DNA of 64,000 nucleotides from Chrysomallon squamiferum (taxonomy: Eukaryota > Animalia > Mollusca). Each line of letters starts with the position of its first letter. Within the stretch, counting starts at the first letter, position 1. Positions 57,501-64,000 of this stretch are shown piece after piece. Below the pieces are notes generated by a model. It made no database searches, was not told the origin of the DNA, and saw only the letters and a list, made by a program, of their open reading frames with translations. The stretch spans positions 26,970,001 through 27,034,000 of the forward strand of contig CM022672.1 in the NCBI GenBank assembly GCA_012295275.1. The letters run 5' to 3'. The translations under genes were made by a program, and so were the position numbers.

Positions 57501-60500
57501 TAGATATATAGATATAGATAGATATATATATATATACACACACAAACACAACCATCATTTGATTAGATTTTTAAAAAATGTTTATCTCTGTTTTTGTACT
57601 GCTTTCATTTATCATATATATTTTTAAAAATATTTTTTAATTTATTTTTTATTTATTGATTTATGTCATTTGATTTGATTTTAATTTATTTTATTATTTT
57701 TTATTCTGTATTTATTTAATTTTATTTTACTTTTTAAATTTATTTATTTTATTTCATTTTATTTTATTTTATTTATTTTATTATGTTATTTTATTTTTGT
57801 TTTATTATTTCTATTATATTTTTTATTATTTTTTTTATTTTGTTATTTTATTTTATTTTATATATATAATTTTCTTTCACTTGAATCATCTGCATGTGCA
57901 TGTTCTGTTGTCAACTAACATTTTAGCATAATATTTGTCTTTGCTTGTTTCTGTATTTCTTTTCATCACAGAGATTTTAATTTCCAGCTGTTATATTCAC
58001 TACAATGTTATTTCCCAGTCCAGGCAATGACTGTATTATTCAACACTGTTGTATGTGCTCTCCTGTTTATGGGTGTGTACACAGAAAAGATTCCTCACTG
58101 CTAACTAGAAAGAAAAACATATGAAGTTTGAGCAATAGGTGTTTTTCTTCCATTTCATCATATGTTTGACACTTAACAACCATTAATAATAAAATAACTC
58201 AAGATACCACTAAGCTTACATTCATTTATTCAAATCTCTGAATATTAAAAATTGCTGTATGGATGCATTTTATGGAACATTGAAACAAAATATATTGTAT
58301 TTTATTTTTGCCAGCTTAAGCCAGTTAATCCATTTGATTAATAAAATAATACATTCCAGCTATTTAATTTTTAACAAATCAGTTTACAAAAGCTCATGTA
58401 TTCATCACATGATTAATGAAAAAAATAATTATTTTAAAAAATAAAAGAAGAAGAAGCCTTAGAGAAGAAAAAAACAAAAAGACACAGCTCATTTATTCAG
58501 GTCTTCTTGAGATTACATTTGAAAAAATAAAAAGGCAGCCATATTTTTTGTTGTTGTTTATGTTGTTTTTTGTTATTTTTCTCAAAGTAATAGAAATTAT
58601 AGCCCTGTTGATTAAAGCAAAAGGTAAACAATCTTATTTATATCATCATGATATTCATATTAAAAAAAAATATATCACAAAATTCATCTTTAAAAGCCCC
58701 AAGACTAACTGCCATATTATTCACACATATCTTTCATTTTATCATAGAATTTTCATTTAGGTAAAAAAAAAAAATTTAAAAATTAAAAAGAAGGAAAAAT
58801 AAGAAATGCAGCCATTTAATTCATAAAATTTACATTTTAGAAGAGAAGTGGAGGCCATCTTGTAATGGCTGACAGGCTTTCTGTTTCTGCTTTCAGACAT
58901 TAATGAGTGTCTCCAGATTCCGAAACTGTGTAACTTCCGCTGTGTAAACAATAATGGAGGCTATGAATGTATTTGTGCTCCTGGCCTGATCAGACTTGCA
59001 GACAAGAAATCATGTGCTGGTCAGAATCAGTGAAAAATTTCATAATTAATTTTTTATTATTAATATTATTATTAATTTTTTTTTTAAAAAGAAAAAGAAA
59101 AAAGAAACGTTTGTACTAAGATTGTGGCCCTAATGTGTAAAGAAATAAAAATATCACTTATATCATTTTTAATTTAAAAAGAAAAAAGAAAAACAAATTT
59201 TTTATTTGGCAAAATGAAATATATATCTTTTTTAATTACCTTTTTTTCCAGTTAGTGGTTATTGTCAATGTAATCAAGATTTTTTTTTTTTTTTTTTTTT
59301 TTTATTTTGTTAAATTATTAGTTAATAAAACTACTTCAGTGGTTTTATTTATTTATTTATTTTTAATATACTTTTAATTTTAATCTTTTTTTTTCCCCTT
59401 AGGATTTTTTATTATTTCTATTATATTAAAATTAATCTTTTTTTTTCTTCTTCTTCTTTTTTTTTAATGAAATGAAGCTAAAATCAAATTCAGAATTCAT
59501 TGAAATCAGTAAAAAAAAAAAAAAAAAAAAAATATATTGAAAAAAAAAAAACAAACAAACCAACTAACAAATATATAAATGAATAAATAAACCAGAGAAA
59601 CAAAATAATAAATAAATTTAAAATTAAAAAGAAACTAAAAAAAACAACATTTTAGATAATAAATCCTGTTGAGATATTGTGTTTTGTTCCAGGGTTGGAA
59701 TTTGTGGAACCTAGCAGGATTTTCTCAACAGGGGGTGCTGAGAAAAATCAAAGTGATCATGCTAGGTATAAAAGACATGTGTTTAGACAAAACTTTATCC
59801 CTGCAGTAAAGACTTTGCCCTGCAAATATGGCTTCTGTGCATTAAAACGGCCACGACTAAAGTGTCCACAGGGAACTAAACTTGATTTGAAACACAAAGA
59901 TAGATGTTTGGGTATGTCTTGTGTGTTCACACTGCCTGATGTTATCCTAAAATAGACAGTTTTTAACCCTGGTCATTTTATTTGGTTTCATTTGTGAAGA
60001 CATTTTTGGTTGTTTTGTTTTACTGTTGTTGTTATTTTTATTCATTTTTTTATTTTTTGTTGACTGTTTTAAAAGTTTTATTTTATAATCTTGATGTTAT
60101 GTAGTAAAAAATGCTAATAACCATATATAAATGTTTTTAAAAAGAGTTTTTATTAAACATGTGGCTGATTAGAAATAGAAAACTTTATTTTCTGTTTCTT
60201 TTTTTTAATTATCTCTTACTCCTAATTTATTTTTGTTCTAGTTATTTATTTATTTATTTTTTATTTATTTATTTATTTTACTTTATTTCATTTCATTTCA
60301 TTTGTACAGGATGAATAGCTGAAAATATAAAATAACATTTAAGTTTCATTATTTAACCTTTATAAAAAAAAAACACATTAGAAAAAAAAAAATAATAATA
60401 AAAATGAAACTAATAAAAACCAGCACCTGATTTCTTTGTGTGAAATTACACTCAGTTTTTATTTCAGAGTGTCATGTCTGAAATACTTCCAGTTTATTTT

Positions 60501-60973
60501 ATGTTTTTTCATTTTTGTTTTCATTGAACACTTTATTCCTTAATTTATGACACAAATCATTGTTCCCCTAATTTTTGTTTCTATTTCAATTATTTATTTA
60601 CAAAGCATTAACTTAGCATGTAACAGCATGTTAGAAGTGTTATCACTAAAAACTGCTTGTTTGTTCATGTTAAAATTAACTCTCTATGTTGTTTCAATAT
60701 CAGCTTGTGCATGACTTTGTCAGTTATTGAAACTTTTTATTTATCTTTATTTTCTTATTATTATTGTTGTGTTATTTCTTCATTATATTTTTTTCTCTTT
60801 ATATATATATATATATTATAAATTGTCAAATCAGAATCATTCACTAGACTGTATTAACCTGTTATGAAATGCTCTGGGTTGTGTAATGTATACTAAATAT
60901 TGTTCAGTCAGGGAAATATTAAATAAGTAAACAACTTTAATCCTACACTGTTTTAAAATGAGTTGTTTGAAAA

Positions 60974-61016
<43 letters not shown>

Positions 61017-62917
61017 TATATATATATATATTATTCATTGGACCAATATATAACTACTCAGATTTTCTCAGTACTAGATTAATTCTGACTCAAATAAACA
61101 TGTGGATTTCTTCATTAAACATTAATTTGTTATAATTTATTTAATTTATAATAATAATAACAATAATAATAATTTTTGTTTTTATTTACTTACAGACATT
61201 GACGAGTGTCGCTCAGACCGTCACCCGTGTCAGTACAACTGCACTAACACAGTTGGCTGGTATCAGTGTTCTTGTCCTCGCGGCTACAGACTCTCCATCG
61301 ACAGACACAAGTGTGTTGGTAAGTTGTCTGTAAACAGAGTATGTAGTTATTAAGTCCATACACTAGACAAAACAGTTACTAAGTCTACACTGTGGTTAAC
61401 AGTTTTCTTATCTAGTTACTAAGTCTAAACTCTGGTTAACAGTTTTCTTATCTAGTTACTAAGTCTATAAAAATATTTTTAATTTGTATCTCACCATCTG
61501 AGTTATGATGTGAAATAATTTATATTTATTACCAATTTTTTTTTTTTTTTTTATTAAATTATTACTATTTCTTACAATCTTAAATTGAAATTATTGAAAA
61601 TTAAAACTGTATTTTTTATTTTATTTTTTATATATTTTATTTTTTTTTGTTCAGATATAAACGAGTGCATTGAGCGCAGAATTAACTGTGGTCCAGAAAA
61701 GATGTGCTTTAACACACGAGGGTCCTACACATGTATTGATGTTCCTTGTCCTAAGGACTATGCCAGGGACCCTACCACTCAGTAAGTTTAAAAACTTTGA
61801 TATATCTTACACTCTGTGTTCCATTGACCAGCAAACTCAAAACCTGGTTAGTGTTCTCTGTGTCATGTACACATTATAGTGTAAGTTCAGATTTCATTAG
61901 TATTCTCTATGTCACTAGTTTCTAAATTATAATGTGTACAATCACTGGTATGTTCTCATCCCATTCATCACTGGGAGTTTTTTAAAAAATATTTGCCCCA
62001 CTCCTAGTTTTATTCAGTTAATTTCAGTTTATATGTTTACAATAATAAAGCAGTCAACATAATGGAAATTTTAAAGTACTGTTTTTAACATTATTATTTT
62101 AGGTTAAAATAATAATAACAATAATAATAACACATAGCAAAGTTATTTAACTTATTTATGAACAAAATAGAGATGAAGAGATTCTGATAAACGGTTAATC
62201 CAGAATCCACAGATTTACTCTGTTGGTATTTAACCAAGAGGTACATTTTCCAAAGTTCAGAATTATTTCCTAGCCACATTGGACAGATTTTTAAAACATT
62301 TCCTGAAAACATGAAAATAATATTGAAATTAGATTTTTAATTTAATGATTAATAATGCTATACCTGAAAAATATTTTAAAAAAAACATTTAATGTAAAAA
62401 GTAATAATAAAATGTAAATATTAATAATACTGTAATGTAACTAAATCCTCAGTCATCATTTGACAGAATTACTTTCATGTAATAACTAACTGAAAAACAT
62501 TCATTATGTCAGTTCACAGTTTAAAATGAACTTGTTTTCAGGTACTGTGTTCTAGAATGTGTCAATCCGAAAATCCCGTGTCCTCCTGGAGCCAAGTACG
62601 CCGATGTTATCCAGTTCCACACCCTGTCACTTCCCAGCGGCAACATCGCGCAGGATCTGATTCGACTGACCGCATTCAACCAGGACAACGAGATTCTGGT
62701 CCACACAAATTTTAAAATTCTCGAGAACGACCCAAAGCTGGAGTTCCTCATTCGAATGGAAGCTGGCAAAGGTGTTGTGTACACGCTGGTGCCTGTCAAA
62801 GATGGAGAAGTGTACAGAATTAAAGTGAAAGCGAGATCATACGACAACAAACGTCAGCATATACAATACCAGACAACATTTATAATTCACATATCCGTAT
62901 CACACTGGCCTTTTTAA
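8905..62917 (+). CDS. HMCN1: hemicentin-1-like extracellular matrix protein, complete gene, about 66 exons
   Basis: Signal peptide; VWA with [23 protein letters not shown] and [10 protein letters not shown]; 28 I-set Ig; 6 TSP1; G2F; 9 cbEGF; fibulin-type C-terminus ending VSHWPF stop. This is the HMCN1 domain order. Confidence 0.95.
10692..10921 (+). CDS. HMCN1: hemicentin exon 2 (VWA)
   Basis: [31 protein letters not shown]. Confidence 0.92.
10893..12093 (+). repeat. 53-bp tandem array containing exon 2 3' end and donor site (23 donor copies)
   Basis: Unit tttaattcaacagaaacagagtcaggtaattagtaataaacctgtacattccc; donors from 10922 to 12088 = 22 x 53. Confidence 0.95.
15470..15980. repeat. 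three diverged 155-190 bp tandem copies ending near the exon 3 acceptor
   Basis: atataaaattct..taattaattca..actacca..ataata blocks recur at about 15470, 15658 and 15812. Confidence 0.7.
16000..16122 (+). CDS. HMCN1: hemicentin exon 3 (VWA)
   Basis: [23 protein letters not shown]. Confidence 0.92.
16375..16595. repeat. (TTA)n/(TTG)n microsatellite
   Basis: Direct reading. Confidence 0.9.
16611..16782 (+). CDS. HMCN1: hemicentin exon 4
   Basis: [28 protein letters not shown]. Confidence 0.9.
17282..17554 (+). CDS. HMCN1: hemicentin exon 5
   Basis: [31 protein letters not shown]. Confidence 0.88.
17720..17904 (+). CDS. HMCN1: hemicentin exon 6
   Basis: [21 protein letters not shown]. Confidence 0.9.
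18441..18658 (+). CDS. HMCN1: hemicentin exon 7 (Ig1 first half)
   Basis: [24 protein letters not shown]. Confidence 0.9.
19126..19247 (+). CDS. HMCN1: hemicentin exon 8 (Ig1 second half)
   Basis: [14 protein letters not shown]. Confidence 0.9.
19730..19852. repeat. (TTA)n microsatellite
   Basis: Direct reading. Confidence 0.9.
19870..20053 (+). CDS. HMCN1: hemicentin exon 9 (Ig2a)
   Basis: PPPII..AILTCNA..NGSLFI. Confidence 0.9.
20350..20441 (+). CDS. HMCN1: hemicentin exon 10 (Ig2b)
   Basis: [14 protein letters not shown]. Confidence 0.9.
20904..21170 (+). CDS. HMCN1: hemicentin exon 11 (Ig3)
   Basis: [26 protein letters not shown]. Confidence 0.9.
21666..21790 (+). CDS. HMCN1: hemicentin exon 12 (Ig4a)
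   Basis: [15 protein letters not shown]. Confidence 0.9.
22065..22209 (+). CDS. HMCN1: hemicentin exon 13 (Ig4b)
   Basis: [14 protein letters not shown]. Confidence 0.9.
22620..22802 (+). CDS. HMCN1: hemicentin exon 14 (Ig5a)
   Basis: [15 protein letters not shown]. Confidence 0.9.
23190..23406 (+). repeat. three diverged 72-bp tandem copies including the exon 15 acceptor
   Basis: tcag|atatt at 23251, 23322 and 23394 with shared upstream sequence. Confidence 0.8.
23395..23490 (+). CDS. HMCN1: hemicentin exon 15 (Ig5b)
   Basis: [14 protein letters not shown]. Confidence 0.9.
   Translation: MFSLEMKGSTLVWLRTHLVLLMHQHLLVSLA
23812..24084 (+). CDS. HMCN1: hemicentin exon 16 (Ig6)
   Basis: One-domain phase 1-1 Ig exon, [11 protein letters not shown]. 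Confidence 0.92.
24451..24735 (+). CDS. HMCN1: hemicentin exon 17 (Ig7)
   Basis: [18 protein letters not shown]. Confidence 0.92.
24768..25226. repeat. TG-rich, (CA)n, (TA)n, (ACAT)n/(ATGT)n simple repeats
   Basis: Direct reading. Confidence 0.85.
25293..25565 (+). CDS. HMCN1: hemicentin exon 18 (Ig8)
   Basis: [18 protein letters not shown]. Confidence 0.92.
26277..26555 (+). CDS. HMCN1: hemicentin exon 19 (Ig9)
   Basis: [18 protein letters not shown]. Confidence 0.92.
27142..27416 (+). CDS. HMCN1: hemicentin exon 20 (Ig10), 1-nt deletion near 27394
   Basis: 275 nt; frame shifts before EVSLKIL|gtgagt. Confidence 0.85.
27570..27783. repeat. (TTA)n/(CTA)n microsatellite abutting acceptor
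   Basis: Direct reading. Confidence 0.9.
27789..28094 (+). CDS. HMCN1: hemicentin exon 21 (Ig11)
   Basis: [20 protein letters not shown]. Confidence 0.92.
28521..28808 (+). CDS. HMCN1: hemicentin exon 22 (Ig12)
   Basis: [18 protein letters not shown]. Confidence 0.92.
29136..29417 (+). CDS. HMCN1: hemicentin exon 23 (Ig13)
   Basis: [18 protein letters not shown]. Confidence 0.92.
29724..30008 (+). CDS. HMCN1: hemicentin exon 24 (Ig14)
   Basis: [18 protein letters not shown]. Confidence 0.92.
30311..30521 (+). repeat. 111-bp tandem duplication of the exon 25 acceptor and first 56 exon nt
   Basis: caacaagtattt..ttctag|ttccWccaaagaYtgacacaaaggga at 30311 and 30422. Confidence 0.9.
30466..30744 (+). 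CDS. HMCN1: hemicentin exon 25 (Ig15)
   Basis: [18 protein letters not shown]. Confidence 0.92.
30733..30912 (+). repeat. about 50-bp tandem repeat, 4 copies, containing the exon 25 donor
   Basis: gaagttcatg|gttagt-like at 30745, 30795, 30844 and 30894. Confidence 0.8.
31238..31522 (+). CDS. HMCN1: hemicentin exon 26 (Ig16)
   Basis: [18 protein letters not shown]. Confidence 0.92.
32014..32292 (+). CDS. HMCN1: hemicentin exon 27 (Ig17)
   Basis: [18 protein letters not shown]. Confidence 0.92.
32780..33058 (+). CDS. HMCN1: hemicentin exon 28 (Ig18)
   Basis: AAG acceptor; [18 protein letters not shown]. Confidence 0.9.
33357..33641 (+). CDS. HMCN1: hemicentin exon 29 (Ig19)
   Basis: [18 protein letters not shown]. 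Confidence 0.92.
34279..34563 (+). CDS. HMCN1: hemicentin exon 30 (Ig20)
   Basis: [18 protein letters not shown]. Confidence 0.92.
35107..35391 (+). CDS. HMCN1: hemicentin exon 31 (Ig21)
   Basis: [18 protein letters not shown]. Confidence 0.92.
35811..36083 (+). CDS. HMCN1: hemicentin exon 32 (Ig22)
   Basis: [18 protein letters not shown]. Confidence 0.92.
36467..36610 (+). CDS. HMCN1: hemicentin exon 33 (Ig23a)
   Basis: [15 protein letters not shown]. Confidence 0.88.
37129..37257 (+). CDS. HMCN1: hemicentin exon 34 (Ig23b)
   Basis: ENGSLSI..HSGVYTC. Confidence 0.9.
37867..38080 (+). CDS. HMCN1: hemicentin exon 35 (Ig24a)
   Basis: [23 protein letters not shown], phase 1-2. Confidence 0.88.
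39132..39214 (+). CDS. HMCN1: hemicentin exon 36 (Ig24b)
   Basis: [16 protein letters not shown]. Confidence 0.9.
39620..39810 (+). CDS. HMCN1: hemicentin exon 37 (Ig25a)
   Basis: [15 protein letters not shown]. Confidence 0.9.
40201..40282 (+). CDS. HMCN1: hemicentin exon 38 (Ig25b)
   Basis: [16 protein letters not shown]. Confidence 0.9.
40490..40620 (+). other. HMCN1: garbled hemicentin exon 39 (Ig26 first half); boundaries approximate
   Basis: [13 protein letters not shown], then LHNGSQI in a shifted frame; no clean acceptor or open 5' half. Confidence 0.65.
40880..41503 (+). repeat. about 78-bp tandem array containing exon 40 acceptor and first 29 exon nt
   Basis: aaatcag|cttcacc at 41085, 41163, 41242, 41318, 41396 and 41474; degenerate copies further upstream. 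Confidence 0.92.
41475..41612 (+). CDS. HMCN1: hemicentin exon 40 (Ig26b)
   Basis: [23 protein letters not shown]. Confidence 0.88.
41930..42117 (+). CDS. HMCN1: hemicentin exon 41 (Ig27a)
   Basis: [15 protein letters not shown]. Confidence 0.9.
42543..42624 (+). CDS. HMCN1: hemicentin exon 42 (Ig27b)
   Basis: [16 protein letters not shown]. Confidence 0.9.
43018..43192 (+). CDS. HMCN1: hemicentin exon 43 (Ig28a)
   Basis: [17 protein letters not shown]. Confidence 0.9.
43575..43672 (+). CDS. HMCN1: hemicentin exon 44 (Ig28b)
   Basis: [14 protein letters not shown]. Confidence 0.9.
44474..44644 (+). CDS. HMCN1: hemicentin exon 45 (TSP1-1)
   Basis: [23 protein letters not shown], 171 nt. 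Confidence 0.93.
44660..45152. repeat. TG-rich low-complexity tract and (TG)n
   Basis: Direct reading. Confidence 0.8.
45478..45648 (+). CDS. HMCN1: hemicentin exon 46 (TSP1-2)
   Basis: [18 protein letters not shown], 171 nt. Confidence 0.93.
46221..46390 (+). CDS. HMCN1: hemicentin exon 47 (TSP1-3), 1-nt deletion near 46337
   Basis: [18 protein letters not shown]; 170 nt. Confidence 0.85.
46895..47127 (+). repeat. about 47-bp diverged tandem repeat, 5 copies, ending at exon 48 acceptor
   Basis: ttataaaatattaataaaattttatataaattttcaca-like units. Confidence 0.8.
47128..47298 (+). CDS. HMCN1: hemicentin exon 48 (TSP1-4)
   Basis: [20 protein letters not shown], 171 nt. Confidence 0.93.
47843..48014 (+). 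CDS. HMCN1: hemicentin exon 49 (TSP1-5), 1-nt insertion near 47970
   Basis: [17 protein letters not shown]; 172 nt. Confidence 0.85.
48768..48932 (+). CDS. HMCN1: hemicentin exon 50 (TSP1-6)
   Basis: [17 protein letters not shown]. Confidence 0.92.
49369..49512 (+). CDS. HMCN1: hemicentin exon 51 (G2F)
   Basis: [16 protein letters not shown]. Confidence 0.9.
49867..50004 (+). CDS. HMCN1: hemicentin exon 52 (G2F)
   Basis: [26 protein letters not shown]. Confidence 0.92.
50568..50723 (+). CDS. HMCN1: hemicentin exon 53 (G2F)
   Basis: [21 protein letters not shown]. Confidence 0.92.
51745..51949 (+). CDS. HMCN1: hemicentin exon 54 (G2F), frameshift near 51910
   Basis: [29 protein letters not shown]; 205 nt. 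Confidence 0.85.
52176..52238 (+). CDS. HMCN1: hemicentin exon 55
   Basis: [20 protein letters not shown]. Confidence 0.88.
52614..52736 (+). CDS. HMCN1: hemicentin exon 56 (cbEGF1)
   Basis: [19 protein letters not shown]. Confidence 0.92.
52750..53778 (+). repeat. 24-bp (with 20-bp variants) minisatellite, about 43 copies, directly after exon 56 donor
   Basis: Unit gaatacatttgtgtgtgagtgtat. Confidence 0.95.
53944..54078 (+). CDS. HMCN1: hemicentin exon 57 (cbEGF2)
   Basis: [17 protein letters not shown]. Confidence 0.92.
54499..54618 (+). CDS. HMCN1: hemicentin exon 58 (cbEGF3)
   Basis: [16 protein letters not shown]. Confidence 0.92.
55113..55235 (+). CDS. HMCN1: hemicentin exon 59 (cbEGF4)
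   Basis: [16 protein letters not shown]. Confidence 0.92.
   Translation: MLMNVKVRGLHVFTNVSTHMEVIAVRVGKDTDWPVMETTV
56198..56329 (+). CDS. HMCN1: hemicentin exon 60 (cbEGF5)
   Basis: [19 protein letters not shown]. Confidence 0.9.
56927..57054 (+). CDS. HMCN1: hemicentin exon 61 (cbEGF6), 1-nt deletion near 57016
   Basis: [17 protein letters not shown]; 128 nt; [11 protein letters not shown] in shifted frame. Confidence 0.85.
58897..59019 (+). CDS. HMCN1: hemicentin exon 62 (cbEGF7)
   Basis: [15 protein letters not shown]. Confidence 0.92.
59693..59911 (+). CDS. HMCN1: hemicentin exon 63 (inter-EGF linker)
   Basis: GLEF..RYKR..KCPQG..DRCL, phase 1-1. Confidence 0.82.
61196..61318 (+). CDS. 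HMCN1: hemicentin exon 64 (cbEGF8)
   Basis: [17 protein letters not shown]. Confidence 0.92.
61374..61467. repeat. 40-bp tandem repeat, about 2.3 copies
   Basis: agttactaagtcta..ggttaacagttttcttatct. Confidence 0.8.
61655..61781 (+). CDS. HMCN1: hemicentin exon 65 (cbEGF9)
   Basis: [32 protein letters not shown]. Confidence 0.93.
62542..62917 (+). CDS. HMCN1: hemicentin exon 66 (fibulin-type C-terminal domain, stop)
   Basis: [36 protein letters not shown]. Confidence 0.92.
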
Positions 62918-63829
62918 AACAATTGTCAAACATGTTAAAAATGTTTTATAGACTGTGGCTGGTTTAGGGAGTCTATGAGGATTTCCCATGTGTCCAGTTA
63001 AAAATTATTATTCTGTAAGATGTTTTATAAGATGGATGGACAGATTTCAGTTAAACTTATAAGATGTATTGGGTAAGAAAAGATACTTAATTTATACCAT
63101 AGGTCTTTTTTGTTTATTGTTACTTCGTATAATAACAAAATTATGACATTTTTGTCTCTGAAATATAAAAAAAAAATACAGTTTAATAACAGATGTTGAA
63201 GTTAGAATGAAAACTTAACTTTGCATGTTATGCTTTTATGCAGAAACATTTCTTGAATATATGTTATTATTTTTGTTGTTGTTAGTATTAATATTATTAT
63301 TATTATTATTATTATGTTGATTATGTTGATTATGGTTATTTCTTGTATTTATTTTATTTTGTTTTTAATCTTTTTAATTATTATGATATGACTTTTTTCT
63401 TCTTCTTCTTTTTTTATTTTAATAATCTTTGCTGTAGTCATTTAACATGTTTTAATGAAATATAAAATTCATATTTAACAACCAACCATTGTTTTACTGT
63501 TATTCTTAATTCTTAAATGAATATTTTGCTTGCTAGATCATTTTATTAAATAATTAAATGCTAAATATATGCTGACAATTTTGGTAGATTTTCTGTCTGT
63601 TTATAGAAATGTTTTTTAAAAAAAAAAGGAAAAAAAGATGAAATATATTTTATAGACTTAAATGCTATGTTAGATTTTTATTATTTAGAGATTGTTTAGA
63701 AAAGCAAATTCTGTATTTTATTAAGAATATATATCAGGATTGGATTCTTTAAGAAATTTACAAAATTTTATTTTTACATTGTCTTTATTGTATTTCATTG
63801 CAATATTTGCTTTGTTCATTTTGTATGTA

Positions 63830-63835
63830 AATAAA
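63830..63835 (+). terminator. candidate polyadenylation signal for hemicentin
   Basis: AATAAA with upstream TGTA and downstream GT/T-rich sequence, about 910 nt after the stop. Confidence 0.4.
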
Positions 63836-64000
63836 AATGGCTTTATGTTTAAATAGTTTTGGTAGTGATAATTCATGAAGATTTCCTTCTCTTCTTTTTG
63901 GTTTTTAAATTTAATTTTGCAATCAAGTGCTAATGTGTTATTATTATTTTATGATTAGATGTATTTTCTGTTTTAAATATTCTATTATTATTACTTCTTA

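Noticed and set aside
8905-62917. Hemicentin pseudogene, or Dscam-like mutually exclusive exon array
   Set aside because: No nonsense substitutions and intact splice phases argue against a pseudogene. The Ig exons are divergent, phase-compatible and form the normal serial rod.

Overview
Very AT-rich, intron-rich animal genomic DNA, most likely a lophotrochozoan such as a gastropod mollusc (inference from gene architecture and repeat style). There is no prokaryotic content. Two + strand genes are present. (1) The 3' part of METTL13 (eEF1A methyltransferase): 10 exons, 146-4866. (2) A complete hemicentin-1-like gene, ATG 8905 to TAA 62917, about 66 exons and about 4,190 aa by my exon sum. Its order is signal peptide, VWA, 28 Ig, 6 TSP1, G2F, 9 cbEGF and a fibulin-type C-terminus. 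I checked exon phases by hand. Five exons carry 1-nt frameshifts and one Ig half-exon near 40.5 kb is garbled; these are probably assembly errors. The most notable pattern is a set of tandem duplications anchored on hemicentin splice junctions. They include 23 copies of one donor, several duplicated acceptors and a GTGAGT-bearing minisatellite, and they create decoy splice sites and candidate in-frame microexons or extensions. Whether any is functional cannot be decided from sequence alone.
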